DNA of 64,000 nt, taken from the NCBI GenBank assembly GCA_000146465.1, contig CP001946.1. The stretch is one strand, 5' to 3'. The translations under genes were made by a program, and so were the position numbers. Under the pieces are notes generated by a model. It ran no database searches and had not been told where the DNA came from. It was given only the letters and a program-made list of their open reading frames with translations. This document shows positions 1 through 9,991 of the stretch, piece by piece (within the stretch, counting starts at the first letter, position 1; the number at the start of each line of letters is the position of its first letter).

Positions 1-83
1 ATATGTCCACCGGTTTCATAGGGACTATTACAGCTTCAAATATCTCCTTGCCGTCTTTTATACCCCTTTGTCCCCATCCCTAG

Positions 84-1610
84 ATGATTCCTATTCTCTA
101 TGGCTCCCAAACTGGAACTTCTATCTATGTCAGCAACCTCATAGAAAGAGCACTTTTGTACGGATACGACCCAAAAACAATTTACAACCTGGATTGCTTT
201 TTCAACTCCCGAGATCAGGAAAACCTATCGTCAGTAATGGAAATGGATCTCTTTGATATAGAAAAAATTCTTGACATAGACTTTATCATATTTGTTTGTT
301 CAACACATGGTGATGGAACAGAGCCATTTAACATGACTAAGTTCTGGTCTTTTCTGTCAAATAGTGATCTACCAGGCAATCTATTGTCGCATTTAAACTT
401 TGCAGTCTTTGGCCTTGGAGACTCTTCGTATGAAAAGTTCAACTACTGCTCCAAAAAACTCTTTAACAGACTCAGGATGCTGGGTGCAAAGCCTGTGGTA
501 AGAAGAGGAGATGGAAATGCCCAGGATAAAGAGGGATTTCTCTCTGATCTTCGCCCGTGGCTACTAGAACTCATGGCTCATTTTGATCCTCTCAAGATAA
601 AGCACATTGATATTCTCTCTCTTAAGCCTGAGAAATATACCTCGAGATTGGTTGGGAAGAGATTGCTGACACCCGAAGGGCATTTCCAAAAGATAATAGA
701 ATTGGTATTTGAAATTCCAGAATATAAAGAATTCTCGCCGGGAGATTGCCTGTCCTTTTGCCCAGAAAATTATAACTACAAAGAGTTTATGAAATACAAC
801 GGCATGGAAGAAGATGTAGATGGGATATCATCGTCCTTAATGATGAAGCATTCAATAGACTTTAACTCACAACCTCATCAGCCATTCTTTTTTGCACTGA
901 GGTATTTCTTGGATAGAAAAGGCGGTATCGAAGACGAAGTTCTTTTAAAGATAGAAGAGATTGCACAAGACTATGATTTATATTATGAATATATAGTTAA
1001 GCCCAAAAGAACAATATTCGAGGTTCTCCAGGAGTTAAGAGTGAAGGTTGATGCCAGGTTTCTCAAGAAATTTGTACCTACTATATACCCAAGGTTTTTC
1101 TCTGTAACAAAGAAGAAAGGTCTATATCATGTTACTGTTGCTGTTGTAAATTACAAGACTATCCTTTCTCAACCTCGAAGGGGAGTCTGCTCGGAATATT
1201 TGATGGGCCTCAGTCTAAACGATAAAGTCCCCATAGGAATTGGAAGAAGCAATCTATACTTTGGATCCAACAAGCTATTGTTTATATGCACGGGTACTGG
1301 GATAACTTTACCAAGAGCTTGTATCAACGAGTTTAAAGACAAAGAAATTGTTGTGTTTTACGGATTCCGATACAGAGATAGAGACTTCCTATATTCCGAC
1401 GAATGGAATTGCAAGAATGTGAGAATGCTTACTGCTGCATCCAGAGATGATAAGATGTATGTGCAGGATGTTTTCAATAGAAACCCCATTGAAGACATTG
1501 ACGAGTATTTAATATTTGTGAGTGGGAATTCAAGATTAAACAAGGAGGTGAGGAAATTGTTCCAGAAGTTGTATGGAAGAACAATTGCATTCCAGTCTGA
1601 AACATGGTGA
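84..1610 (+). CDS. TAH18: NADPH-dependent diflavin oxidoreductase (Tah18/NDOR1-like; flavodoxin + FAD/NADPH domains)
   Basis: ATG at 84 preceded by an in-frame TAG. The N-terminus has the flavodoxin signature ILYGSQTGTS ... FVCSTHGDGTEP ... FAVFGLGDSSYEKFN, followed by ferredoxin-reductase-like FAD/NAD motifs (...LFICTGTGITLPRA...). A CCC-rich stretch lies immediately upstream of the ATG. Confidence 0.7.
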   Translation: MIPILYGSQTGTSIYVSNLIERALLYGYDPKTIYNLDCFFNSRDQENLSSVMEMDLFDIEKILDIDFIIFVCSTHGDGTEPFNMTKFWSFLSNSDLPGNLLSHLNFAVFGLGDSSYEKFNYCSKKLFNRLRMLGAKPVVRRGDGNAQDKEGFLSDLRPWLLELMAHFDPLKIKHIDILSLKPEKYTSRLVGKRLLTPEGHFQKIIELVFEIPEYKEFSPGDCLSFCPENYNYKEFMKYNGMEEDVDGISSSLMMKHSIDFNSQPHQPFFFALRYFLDRKGGIEDEVLLKIEEIAQDYDLYYEYIVKPKRTIFEVLQELRVKVDARFLKKFVPTIYPRFFSVTKKKGLYHVTVAVVNYKTILSQPRRGVCSEYLMGLSLNDKVPIGIGRSNLYFGSNKLLFICTGTGITLPRACINEFKDKEIVVFYGFRYRDRDFLYSDEWNCKNVRMLTAASRDDKMYVQDVFNRNPIEDIDEYLIFVSGNSRLNKEVRKLFQKLYGRTIAFQSETW

Positions 1611-1650
1611 GTCTTTCCCTTGATTCTCCTGTAGGTTTAGTGTCGGTAGT

Positions 1651-1679
1651 AAAAGCAAAAATTTGCATCACCCCAAGAA
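1651..1679 (+). promoter_or_regulatory. AAATTT-like plus CCC-like proximal promoter motifs upstream of RPS3A
   Basis: aaaagcaaaaatttgcatcaccccaagaaa sits directly 5' of the ATG at 1680. The same pattern is seen upstream of RPS6 and RPL10A in this window. A signal of this kind has been described for microsporidian genes. Confidence 0.4.
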
Positions 1680-2435
1680 ATGGTAAGTGAACAATCATGG
1701 AATTGATCTAACTTTTAGGCAATACAACCACCAGGATCATATCCACAAGGGAACAAGAAGGGAAAAGCCAAAAAGAAGGCTGGGCAAAATACATTTGAAA
1801 GGAAGGAGTGGTATAACCTCCGATCTCCATCGATTTTTCCCTGCAATATCAGTGGAAAGACCTTTGTAGCAAAGTCCACGAGCAAGAATACCAATTTGAA
1901 GCTTATAGGAAGGAGGTATGACGTTAACCATGCAGACCTTACGAAAAACAATGATTTCACACATCGGAAATTCATATTCAAGGTAGGGGATGTCAAGGGG
2001 GCCGATTGCATTGGATTCTTTGATGGAATGGAGTTAACATCTGATAAGCACAAAGCAATGATCAAGAAATGGCATACTCTTATCGAAGCTCAAAAGGACA
2101 TTGTGGCAAAGGACCGGAGCGTTTTCAGAGTGTTTGTCATGGCAGTTACGAGGAGGCCGCAAGGGTATACCAAGAAGACATGTTATGTCAAGCATTCCGA
2201 AGAGAAAAAGATCAGAAAGATTATGTTTGATGTCATTGAGCAGGAGCTTGGAGGACGTAGTGTTGATGAAATCATGAACAAGCTTTCTAACGAGACAGTT
2301 GGAAAGAGGATTGAAGAGTTGGGGAGCGAGATATTCCCCTTGCAAAACTGCTGCGTTAGAAAGGTCAAGACAATCAAGAGCTATCAAGGAGTAAGTATTG
2401 GCCAAGAGGAGGAAGTTGGAGCCATAGCTAATTAA
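1680..2435 (+). CDS. RPS3A: 40S ribosomal protein eS1 (S3a), two exons: 1680..1682 and 1719..2435, with a 36-nt intron at 1683..1718
   Basis: The listed 179-aa ORF (1896..2435, TTG-initiated in the track) matches the S3a C-terminal region. The same frame stays open upstream to 1719 and encodes the S3a N-terminal consensus (GNKKGKAKKKAGQNTFERKEWYNLRSPSIF...GKTFVAKS), with no in-frame ATG. The ATG at 1680 is followed by GTAAGTGAACAATCATGGAATTGATCTAACTTTTAG (1683..1718), and splicing restores the frame to give MAIQPPGSY... Confidence 0.8.
1683..1718 (+). other. spliceosomal intron (36 nt) in RPS3A
   Basis: GTAAGT donor directly after the ATG. CTAAC branch motif 6 nt upstream of a TTTTAG acceptor. 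Removal joins ATG in frame to GCA at 1719. Confidence 0.75.
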
Positions 2436-2513
2436 AGCATTCTTTTTTCCTTTTCGGCCGATATTTCAGTGTGTCTAAATAGAAAGAAGCCTTGAAAATC
2501 ACCACCGTGTTGT

Positions 2514-3284
2514 TTAATCCTCGTCTATATCCCCAAGCCCCAGATCTTTCAGCTTCTGCCTCACCTTCTCATAGGTGTCGTCGGGGTTTTTGACGGTTAT
2601 TCCATGGACATCCTTATGGATGTAGATTTCGTAGTCGTTTCCTCCCTCTTGGGTCATATCCCCGAAGAAATACACATTCTCAATTCCCTCCTTCTTTATG
2701 TGCCTCAGACAGTATGTCTTGTCCCAGCCCTTTGGGAAGCAGTCAATTGATATCTGTCCTCCAATCGAGAACACCATACAGCTACCTTTGAATTTTTCCC
2801 TCATGGCTGCAACCATCTTTTCTCGGAATTTCTCCTTCTTATCAATCTCAAAAAACTCCTTGCGCTCCTCCCTACTGCAATTCCTTCCTATCGGGCTTAT
2901 GTTAATCATGGAGTTCCTATATTCAATGAAGTTACCCCTTTTTATGGGAATTTCCAGCTTGCTAAGATACTCTAGGACAAAGTTGACAAACTCTTTGTAA
3001 AATTTCTCCCCAAGGACATCGATTATCTTTTCCTGAGACTCCAGAGCCCCTTTCTTGTAGAAGCTGAGACCGTTTTCTGGAAATCCATAATCAAATAGCT
3101 CAAGAAGATCGTCTCCAATTTGCTCCTTTTGCTTTTCAAGGTCTGATCCCCCCACAAACCCCAGGCAAACCTTCTTCTTAAGTTTCCTTACCATCTTCTT
3201 CATTTTCTCAGTCATCTGAGCCCTTGATTCCGAAAGCGTTCCGTCCACATCAAACAAAAAGATTGTCTTCTCGTCTTTTGCCAT
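2514..3284 (-). CDS. SEC53: phosphomannomutase (HAD family)
   Basis: MAKDEKTIFLFDVDGTL... carries the DVDGT HAD motif and shows PMM-like conservation throughout. The start is taken at the cat at 3282-3284; an upstream in-frame ATG at 3302 (MQTKWT-) is less likely. Confidence 0.85.
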   Translation of the reverse strand: MAKDEKTIFLFDVDGTLSESRAQMTEKMKKMVRKLKKKVCLGFVGGSDLEKQKEQIGDDLLELFDYGFPENGLSFYKKGALESQEKIIDVLGEKFYKEFVNFVLEYLSKLEIPIKRGNFIEYRNSMINISPIGRNCSREERKEFFEIDKKEKFREKMVAAMREKFKGSCMVFSIGGQISIDCFPKGWDKTYCLRHIKKEGIENVYFFGDMTQEGGNDYEIYIHKDVHGITVKNPDDTYEKVRQKLKDLGLGDIDED

Positions 3285-3452
3285 GGTCCATTTCGTTTGC
3301 ATTCCTTTTATTACATTTTGTTTCAGATGTTTAATTCATTAATGGGTATGTCAATCAAAAATCATTGGAAATATTCCAATAGGTCCTGGTCTTCGAAGAA
3401 GGCACAAACACAACTCAAGATTGATTTCTATACTCTAAAGGAAGCTTTACTT

Positions 3453-4490
3453 TTATTGTTCAATAGACTCGGAAGAAATACACTCCAAAATGGAATCGTA
3501 TCCCTTATCTTCATAGCATATTCTGTACACAGTGCTTATGAGAGGAAACTCATCAGTTCTCTTTTGTCTTTTCAGGTAATTGTATACAATAAGAGCTGTG
3601 TTTGGCCCCTGGAGCTTTGTAAAACACATGGTGTCCTCGGCCTCTTTTAAGCTCATTCTTTTTTCTGCCATAAGCTTTGCACATTTGAAGTTTCTTCCCG
3701 AAATGCATGATACAAGAAGATCCCCCACTCCAGATGACTGAAACAGGGACTCTATTGTTGCCATCGGGTAGAAAAATTTGAAGAACTTTCTCATTTCGGC
3801 AAATCCGTTCCTGAATATGGCGACCTTTGTATTGCAGCAGTAACCTAGTCCTTCTGCAAAGCCATATCCCATGGAAACAATGTTTTTCAAGGCTCCAGAG
3901 ATTTCCACTCCATAGACATCCTTGATTTTTGTGATCCTGTATGTGTAACTATTAAAGAGTTTGTAAACTATGTCGGCTGCATCCTCATCTGTATACCCCA
4001 ATGTCCCTTCGCTTATCATGTCTCGTGCAACTTGGTCGGCGATATTTGCTCCCATCACCACGCTTACATTTATGTTTAGAATCCTGTGAATAGACCTACT
4101 CACCAGATCTATGTCTCCATCTTCTGCGCCAATAAATCCTTTTGTCAACGACACCCCAATGCAGTTGCTCTTCACCAATCCCTTTAAAGGTTCTATGGCC
4201 TTTATATATTGATGGGGAAGAGCAAAAACAAGCACATCCGAGTCAGAAAGGGTGCATATGTCTTCAACAGCCTTAAGGTTCTCGGGAAGATGGATTCCTG
4301 GCAAGTACTTCGGATTGTTTCTCTCGCTGTTTATAATGTCGCTTAGGATTCTCCCCTCAAATTCCTCTCTATATCCCCACATCCTGACGTCCTTTTCAAA
4401 TATGCTGCTTTCCATCGTGTTGCTTGCCAGAAGCCTGCCTATTGCAGTGCCCCAGTTTCCATTACCTATGATAGAAACCTTCTTGGACAT
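3453..4490 (-). CDS. GPD1: glycerol-3-phosphate dehydrogenase [NAD+]
   Basis: MSKKVSIIGNGNWGTAIG is the Rossmann GxGxxG motif, and GPD family similarity is strong throughout. The ORF track extends 49 codons further 5' (MLAIGEG...), but homology begins at the ATG at 4488-4490. Confidence 0.85.
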   Translation of the reverse strand: MSKKVSIIGNGNWGTAIGRLLASNTMESSIFEKDVRMWGYREEFEGRILSDIINSERNNPKYLPGIHLPENLKAVEDICTLSDSDVLVFALPHQYIKAIEPLKGLVKSNCIGVSLTKGFIGAEDGDIDLVSRSIHRILNINVSVVMGANIADQVARDMISEGTLGYTDEDAADIVYKLFNSYTYRITKIKDVYGVEISGALKNIVSMGYGFAEGLGYCCNTKVAIFRNGFAEMRKFFKFFYPMATIESLFQSSGVGDLLVSCISGRNFKCAKLMAEKRMSLKEAEDTMCFTKLQGPNTALIVYNYLKRQKRTDEFPLISTVYRICYEDKGYDSILECISSESIEQ

Positions 4491-4626
4491 TGTATTATTT
4501 GTTTTTGGGGTACAAGTTATTTTGTTAAATATCCTTCCATAGCTCTGTTTCACAGTCTTGGCAAGTTCGCAACTTTCATACACTTGAGCAGAGTCTTTCT
4601 TAAATTCCTTTAGAATACCCTCTCCA

Positions 4627-4917
4627 ATGGCAAGCACAAGGAAGGTGGAAGTAAACTATGTGGGAAACACTCGCAACACAATAGAATTGAAGATCGATGG
4701 AGAGACACACACACTAGGAAGTCTTCTTTCGGAGGAGCTTCTCGAAGACAAGAGATGCCTCTTCAGTGCATATAGGGTTGAGCATCCTACCGACAATCAT
4801 GTCTTCCTTCGCATTACAGCAGACAAGGATTGTCAAGTAAAAGACTTACTCCTGGAGACACTTAAGAGAATCGAGGAAGATACTGTATTATTGATAAGTC
4901 AACTCAAAGGATTCTAA
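4627..4917 (+). CDS. RPB11: DNA-directed RNA polymerase II subunit RPB11 (RPB11/AC19 family)
   Basis: ETHTLGSLLSEELLEDKRCLFSAYRVEHP matches the Rpb11 core EDHTLGN...LFAAYKVEHP. The product is 96 aa. Confidence 0.7.
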   Translation: MASTRKVEVNYVGNTRNTIELKIDGETHTLGSLLSEELLEDKRCLFSAYRVEHPTDNHVFLRITADKDCQVKDLLLETLKRIEEDTVLLISQLKGF

Positions 4918-4991
4918 AAAGACAGACCATCCTATTTATTCGATAATAAACCAGTAGATTTTGTCCAAGATACTTTATAACAAGTTTCAAG

Positions 4992-5357
4992 CTAAAGAGA
5001 AGGATCATAATCGCCTGCCTCCCTGATGTTTGGGGTTATGATTTCGCAAACAGCCATTTCCCCTATCTCGTCTCCTTTCTCATATACAAATTCCTCGTCC
5101 GAGTCATTGTAGACAATAACACATACCTCTCCTCTGTAATCGCTATCCACAACTCCTCCCAACTTCTTTATCCTTGTTGACTGGATTTTTCCAAAGTATC
5201 TCTTTGGGATCTTCATCATGAATCCAGCAGGAATCTTTGCTCCACATCGTGGGTCAACTTTACCCGAGCAATTCGAGTAAAGCTTGTAAACCCCATTTAT
5301 AAGCTCCGGTACCTTTGCTCCATCTAGAACTTTCACCGAGAAACCCTCTTCTTCCAT
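4992..5357 (-). CDS. DUT1: dUTP pyrophosphatase (short form, 121 aa)
   Basis: GGVVDSDYRGEVCVIVYN is dUTPase motif III (GVIDSDYRGE). IPAGF...IPKRYFGKIQSTR lies upstream. There is no recognisable glycine-rich C-terminal motif V. Confidence 0.6.
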   Translation of the reverse strand: MEEEGFSVKVLDGAKVPELINGVYKLYSNCSGKVDPRCGAKIPAGFMMKIPKRYFGKIQSTRIKKLGGVVDSDYRGEVCVIVYNDSDEEFVYEKGDEIGEMAVCEIITPNIREAGDYDPSL

Positions 5358-5427
5358 GTGGGATTAACGAGAAAAAGATATTTTATCCCGGAACATTTTT
5401 TTCTGGCTTTTGATAGAAAGAATTTGT

Positions 5428-6135
5428 TTATTCAATAACAATTTCATCCTCTCTTACTCCAACGTCCCAGTTGGTTTTGATTAGATATGGATCTGATATG
5501 TGAACTCCTTGGCTGTCGGCATATCCAATCTGCACCTCATTCGACGCATTACAGTCCCTATAACAAAGAATCTCCATGGCCTCCTCAACAAGACGGATTG
5601 CCTCCTCTCTTGTTATCTCTTGTTCTCTTCCTTCTACCTTACTCCTAAGAAACGGAAGAGCCAGATAGCTTCCTATTCCTGTACATATTACATCCGAAAA
5701 GTAGAAGTTCCCCAGACGATCTACACATCCAAGTGTCTTCTCATTGGTCTCAAATTCCTCCTCGGAGTTTCTTACTGTCTTCACTCCTCCCACACAGACA
5801 CTTAGATTTAACGGGCTGATCCTACTTCGGGCTGAATATAGTATTCTTTGAACCATTTTGTGATAACCCTTTGGATCTATTTCTCTGTTGTCCTCCTCTG
5901 TCAGGATATTTAATGTTTTTATCAAGTACTGCATATCACTCACCTCCCCGGAAATTCCCACGAGTGTCCTGCTTCCAAATTTAAACATCCTCTGAACCCC
6001 ATTGAACTTTGTTAGGCGCCCGTAAGATGCCTTGGCGTCTGCTCCCATTATGATTCCATCCTTATATCTGAATGAGACCACAGAGGTTCCTGTTACAAAA
6101 TCCCTCATTTCCGGGGCATTTCTAAGGAACTTCAT
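5428..6135 (-). CDS. PRE4: proteasome subunit beta type-4 (beta7, Pre4-like, non-catalytic)
   Basis: TGTSVVSFRYKDGIIMGADAKASYGRLTKFNGVQRMFKFG...YSARSRISPLNLSVCVGG aligns with PSMB4. Confidence 0.75.
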   Translation of the reverse strand: MKFLRNAPEMRDFVTGTSVVSFRYKDGIIMGADAKASYGRLTKFNGVQRMFKFGSRTLVGISGEVSDMQYLIKTLNILTEEDNREIDPKGYHKMVQRILYSARSRISPLNLSVCVGGVKTVRNSEEEFETNEKTLGCVDRLGNFYFSDVICTGIGSYLALPFLRSKVEGREQEITREEAIRLVEEAMEILCYRDCNASNEVQIGYADSQGVHISDPYLIKTNWDVGVREDEIVIE

Positions 6136-6229
6136 AACATTCCGATGTTTATGGTTTGGAATCAGGGACTAAACACCCTTCAAAGGGACCTGAACAAAGG
6201 AATCCTTCTCAATAAGACATCCCTTCTCG

Positions 6230-7924
6230 ATGGAAATAAAAAGATTGCCCAACGACGTGATTTCCAGGATTTCTGCAGGAGAAGTCATTACAAGACCCTA
6301 CAACATCCTAAAAGAAGTCATAGAAAATTCACTCGATGCAAACTCCACTCACATAGCAATTAAGATTGGGATAGATGGCCTTTCCCTTACAATCGAGGAC
6401 AATGGAGATGGAATACATGAAGAGGACTTTGAACTTCTTTGCAAGCAGTACTGCACCTCGAAGCTTACCAAAGAAGAAGATCTTTTTTCGCTGTCTTCCT
6501 ATGGGTTTCGTGGGGAGGCTCTTTCCTCCATAAGCCGATGTTCTAGGATCCGAGTCAGGAGCAAGAGAAGAGAAAATGAAATTGGACATGAAGCTGTGTA
6601 CCGGGACACAGAAATTGTAGCAATAAAAGGCATTGGAATGAAGGACGGGTCTGTTGTTGAAATCAAAGACATCTTCTACAATAATAAGGCAAGGGAAAAG
6701 CATTTTTCAAAGAAGAGAGATGAGATTCGAGAAATGATGTGGCTAGTTGGAATATATTCTGTATTCAACGAAGATGTTTCTTTTGATCTGTTTTATGGAG
6801 GAAAGCTACAGGAAATTCCAAAGTCCAAGATGTATTCTGGGAAGGACGGAAGTTCTAACGAAGATAGAGTAAAAATGAAGATCAAGATGTTGGATGAGCT
6901 TTATAAGGTAGATGGGGAGCTTCTCTTTTTGTTTGATGAAGGCCATCTTGCTATATTTTCAACTCCTCAATTCAGTCTAAAAAAAGGTGTGTTTATTCTT
7001 TTTGTGAATGGAAGATTGGTTGTAAGCCAAGAGATGAAAGAAGCTTTATTTAAGGTGTATAGGGGCCTAATTTCCGACGAAAGACAACCTTTTATATATC
7101 TAGAGCTGAATATAGAAAAGAGTATGGTCGATGTCAACATTCATCCGAGCAAAAGGGAAGTTCTCTTTACAAATGAGGAATCTGTAATTCAGAGGCTATA
7201 CGAATGCATTGAAAACAAACTGAACAAGATGAATTACGAGCAAAAGACATTGAGGCCGCTTCCAAGGGAAAGTAGCTTCCAAAGCCCAATTAAAGTGTAT
7301 TCAGACCCAGCATCCCAATCTATTGGCGAGTGTTTGGAGAAGGAGAAAACGGAAAGACGAGAGTTCAGTCTTTTTTCTCTTAAAAAGCTGAGGACAGAGA
7401 TAGTTGAGCTTGATTCCTCCTTTTTTAAGGCACTAAACTATGTTGGAGCGAAGGATAGAGATACTATTTTGGTTCAGCATGGCTCATCACTTTTAAACTG
7501 CAGGACTGCTCTGCTTCTCAAGGAATATCTTTACCAAACTCTGATAAGCGATTTCGGGAACTTCGAAAAAAAGAAGACGCTTATTCCAATTGAATCGGAT
7601 ATAGAAGATAATATGAGAGCGTTACTCAACGACTACTTCTCTATAGAGATAGTTGAAAGGAATATTGTCAGCGTTCCTATAATATCAACTATTTGTATAG
7701 ACCTCCCTACGTTATGGGCCGGATTGGATGTCAAAAAAGACTCTGAGTACGAGACATTGAAAAATATTATCAACACCATATCTACGCTTTACTCCTCGGC
7801 GGAAATGTCTCCAAAGCTTTTTAACGTCATTAAAAGAAAGATTGTTGGAACAGAAAAGGCATTGGAGTGTTTCGGACTTGTGGTGACACTCAAGGAACTC
7901 TACAAGAACTTCGAAAGATGCTGA
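6230..7924 (+). CDS. MLH1: DNA mismatch repair protein MutL homolog (MLH1-like, reduced length 564 aa)
   Basis: The N-terminal GHKL ATPase region IKRLPNDVISRISAGEVITRP...ENSLDANST...DNGDGI...CKQYCTSKL...SYGFRGEAL matches MLH1. Confidence 0.75.
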   Translation: MEIKRLPNDVISRISAGEVITRPYNILKEVIENSLDANSTHIAIKIGIDGLSLTIEDNGDGIHEEDFELLCKQYCTSKLTKEEDLFSLSSYGFRGEALSSISRCSRIRVRSKRRENEIGHEAVYRDTEIVAIKGIGMKDGSVVEIKDIFYNNKAREKHFSKKRDEIREMMWLVGIYSVFNEDVSFDLFYGGKLQEIPKSKMYSGKDGSSNEDRVKMKIKMLDELYKVDGELLFLFDEGHLAIFSTPQFSLKKGVFILFVNGRLVVSQEMKEALFKVYRGLISDERQPFIYLELNIEKSMVDVNIHPSKREVLFTNEESVIQRLYECIENKLNKMNYEQKTLRPLPRESSFQSPIKVYSDPASQSIGECLEKEKTERREFSLFSLKKLRTEIVELDSSFFKALNYVGAKDRDTILVQHGSSLLNCRTALLLKEYLYQTLISDFGNFEKKKTLIPIESDIEDNMRALLNDYFSIEIVERNIVSVPIISTICIDLPTLWAGLDVKKDSEYETLKNIINTISTLYSSAEMSPKLFNVIKRKIVGTEKALECFGLVVTLKELYKNFERC

Positions 7925-8029
7925 GTGTTGGATGGAAACAAAAGTTGGAAAACATTAAAAATTTTGGACCTTAATATGAATTAGCCAATCTAGGAAGGAT
8001 ATAACCTCGGAAGTGCGGTCCCCTTACAA

Positions 8030-9928
8030 ATGAACAAAGGAGAATATGAAGCATTATACAAGAGATCTATTGAAGACAAGGAAAGTTTTTGGGAAGAGCA
8101 GGCCAAGGCCTTCTTGAAATGGGACAAAATGTTTGATAAGGTTTATAACAATAATTTTGAGAGCTCCAGATGGTTTGAGGGAGGGATGCTAAATGCGTGC
8201 TATAATTGTGTGGATAGACACGCAGCTTGTAATCCCGACAAAGTTGCAATTATTTATGATAGGAATGACGGAGAGTCGATTTGCTATACATTTAAAGAGG
8301 TGCTTGACGAGGTCATAAGAATTTCGGCTGTGCTTAAAGCAGAAGGCCTTAAAAAAGGAGACACTGTTGCTTTGTATATGGCAATGTCTCCTTATGCTGT
8401 GTTTTCTGCACTTGCATGTGCAAGACTTGGCCTTGTTCATAATGCCATTTTTGGAGGCTTTAGTGCAAGTAGCGTGGCTCTGCGGCTTGACGACTCAAAC
8501 GCCAAGTTCTTGATGGTCCAGGATGTTGTTGAGAGACACAGCTCGACCATAAACTTCCTTGGGAATGTAAGGGAAGCCCTTAAGGGAAGATCCATTCCTG
8601 TTTTGGTTTTCAATACTCTTCAGGATGAAAAGAAGATACTGGACGAACTGAACGGAGTTGAAGGTAAGATTTTAATCTGGTCAAAGGTCATGAAGAGGGA
8701 AAACGAATTTATTCCCTGTGTGCCTGTCGGAGCCGAGGATAGTCTTTTCTATCTGTACACAAGTGGAAGTACAGGAATTCCAAAGGGGATTGTGCATACG
8801 GTAGGAGGATACCTAGTGTATGCAGCTCTTACTTCCAAGACATGTTTTGACCTTCGAAAAGAAGATGTTTTTGCTTGCACAGCAGACATAGGATGGATTA
8901 CAGGCCATACATATGTAATTTATGGCCCGCTGTTGAATGGGGTCACAACAGTTGTGTTTGGGGGGACGCCGTTCTATCCTTCGTACTTCAGACTTTTCAA
9001 AATGGTTGAAAAACACAAGATAACACAGCTGTATACAGCTCCAACTGTAATCAGGACATTAAGGAAGTATTTTTCGACGAATCCGCTGGATCATGGGTGC
9101 GATCTGTCTTCATTACGAATTCTTGGTTCTGTCGGAGAGCCTATAAACAAGAATGCTTACCTATGGTTTAAGGAAAACTTTAACAAGTGCTCCATTGTCG
9201 ATACTTATTGGCAAACTGAATCTGGAGGGATTCTGATTGCTCCTATTCCATATGTTGTTGACGGAAAGCCTGAATGTGCATGCCTTCCATTTTTGGGCCA
9301 GGAAGTTGTTATTGCAGGCAAGGATTCGAAAGAGGATCATGTTATTGAAGCAAAACCTTATGAGCTTGGGCGTGTTCTTTTAAGAAGATCTTGGCCAGGA
9401 ATCGCTAGAGGAATTCTAGGAGATCTAGAGAGGTTCAAAAGAGTATACTTCTTCTATAAGGGGTTTTACTTTACTGGAGATGAGGGATACAAAGATGCTG
9501 ATGGGCACGTATGGATAAGGGGAAGGGCAGACGATGTGATAAATGTCTCGGGACATCGGATCAGCACAGCAGAGGTTGAGAGTGCAGCATGCATGGATCC
9601 CTACATAGCCGAGGCAGCAGCTGTTGCCGAAAACGATGAAATCACCGGCCAGGCGCTTTGTTTTTTCGTAGTTTTGAAGGATAAGGAAACACCACAGGAT
9701 AAAGTAAAAGCGTCTCTGAAGGAAACTCTGCGAAACAAGGTCGGAAAGTTTGTTAATCCCAAGGACGTTTACTTCTGCGAGGGGATTCCTAAGACTGCGA
9801 CTGGAAAGATCATGAGAAGGGTTTTGAAAAATATCTTGGCTGGAGACTCACTTGGAGATATGTCGACCTGCACCAATGTAGATGTTATCGAGGGTTTGAA
9901 AGATCTCGTCTCTCCAAAGGCAAATTAA
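8030..9928 (+). CDS. ACS1: acetyl-coenzyme A synthetase
   Basis: AMP-binding signature YTSGSTGIPKGIVHT, and ACS family conservation over the whole length (WQTESGG, GRADDVINVSGHRISTAEVE). Confidence 0.9.
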   Translation: MNKGEYEALYKRSIEDKESFWEEQAKAFLKWDKMFDKVYNNNFESSRWFEGGMLNACYNCVDRHAACNPDKVAIIYDRNDGESICYTFKEVLDEVIRISAVLKAEGLKKGDTVALYMAMSPYAVFSALACARLGLVHNAIFGGFSASSVALRLDDSNAKFLMVQDVVERHSSTINFLGNVREALKGRSIPVLVFNTLQDEKKILDELNGVEGKILIWSKVMKRENEFIPCVPVGAEDSLFYLYTSGSTGIPKGIVHTVGGYLVYAALTSKTCFDLRKEDVFACTADIGWITGHTYVIYGPLLNGVTTVVFGGTPFYPSYFRLFKMVEKHKITQLYTAPTVIRTLRKYFSTNPLDHGCDLSSLRILGSVGEPINKNAYLWFKENFNKCSIVDTYWQTESGGILIAPIPYVVDGKPECACLPFLGQEVVIAGKDSKEDHVIEAKPYELGRVLLRRSWPGIARGILGDLERFKRVYFFYKGFYFTGDEGYKDADGHVWIRGRADDVINVSGHRISTAEVESAACMDPYIAEAAAVAENDEITGQALCFFVVLKDKETPQDKVKASLKETLRNKVGKFVNPKDVYFCEGIPKTATGKIMRRVLKNILAGDSLGDMSTCTNVDVIEGLKDLVSPKAN

Positions 9929-9991
9929 ACTTCCATCAACTATTTGGAAAAGTCTTGATTGATAGCTATAATACCTTGATTTGTTTAGGGC

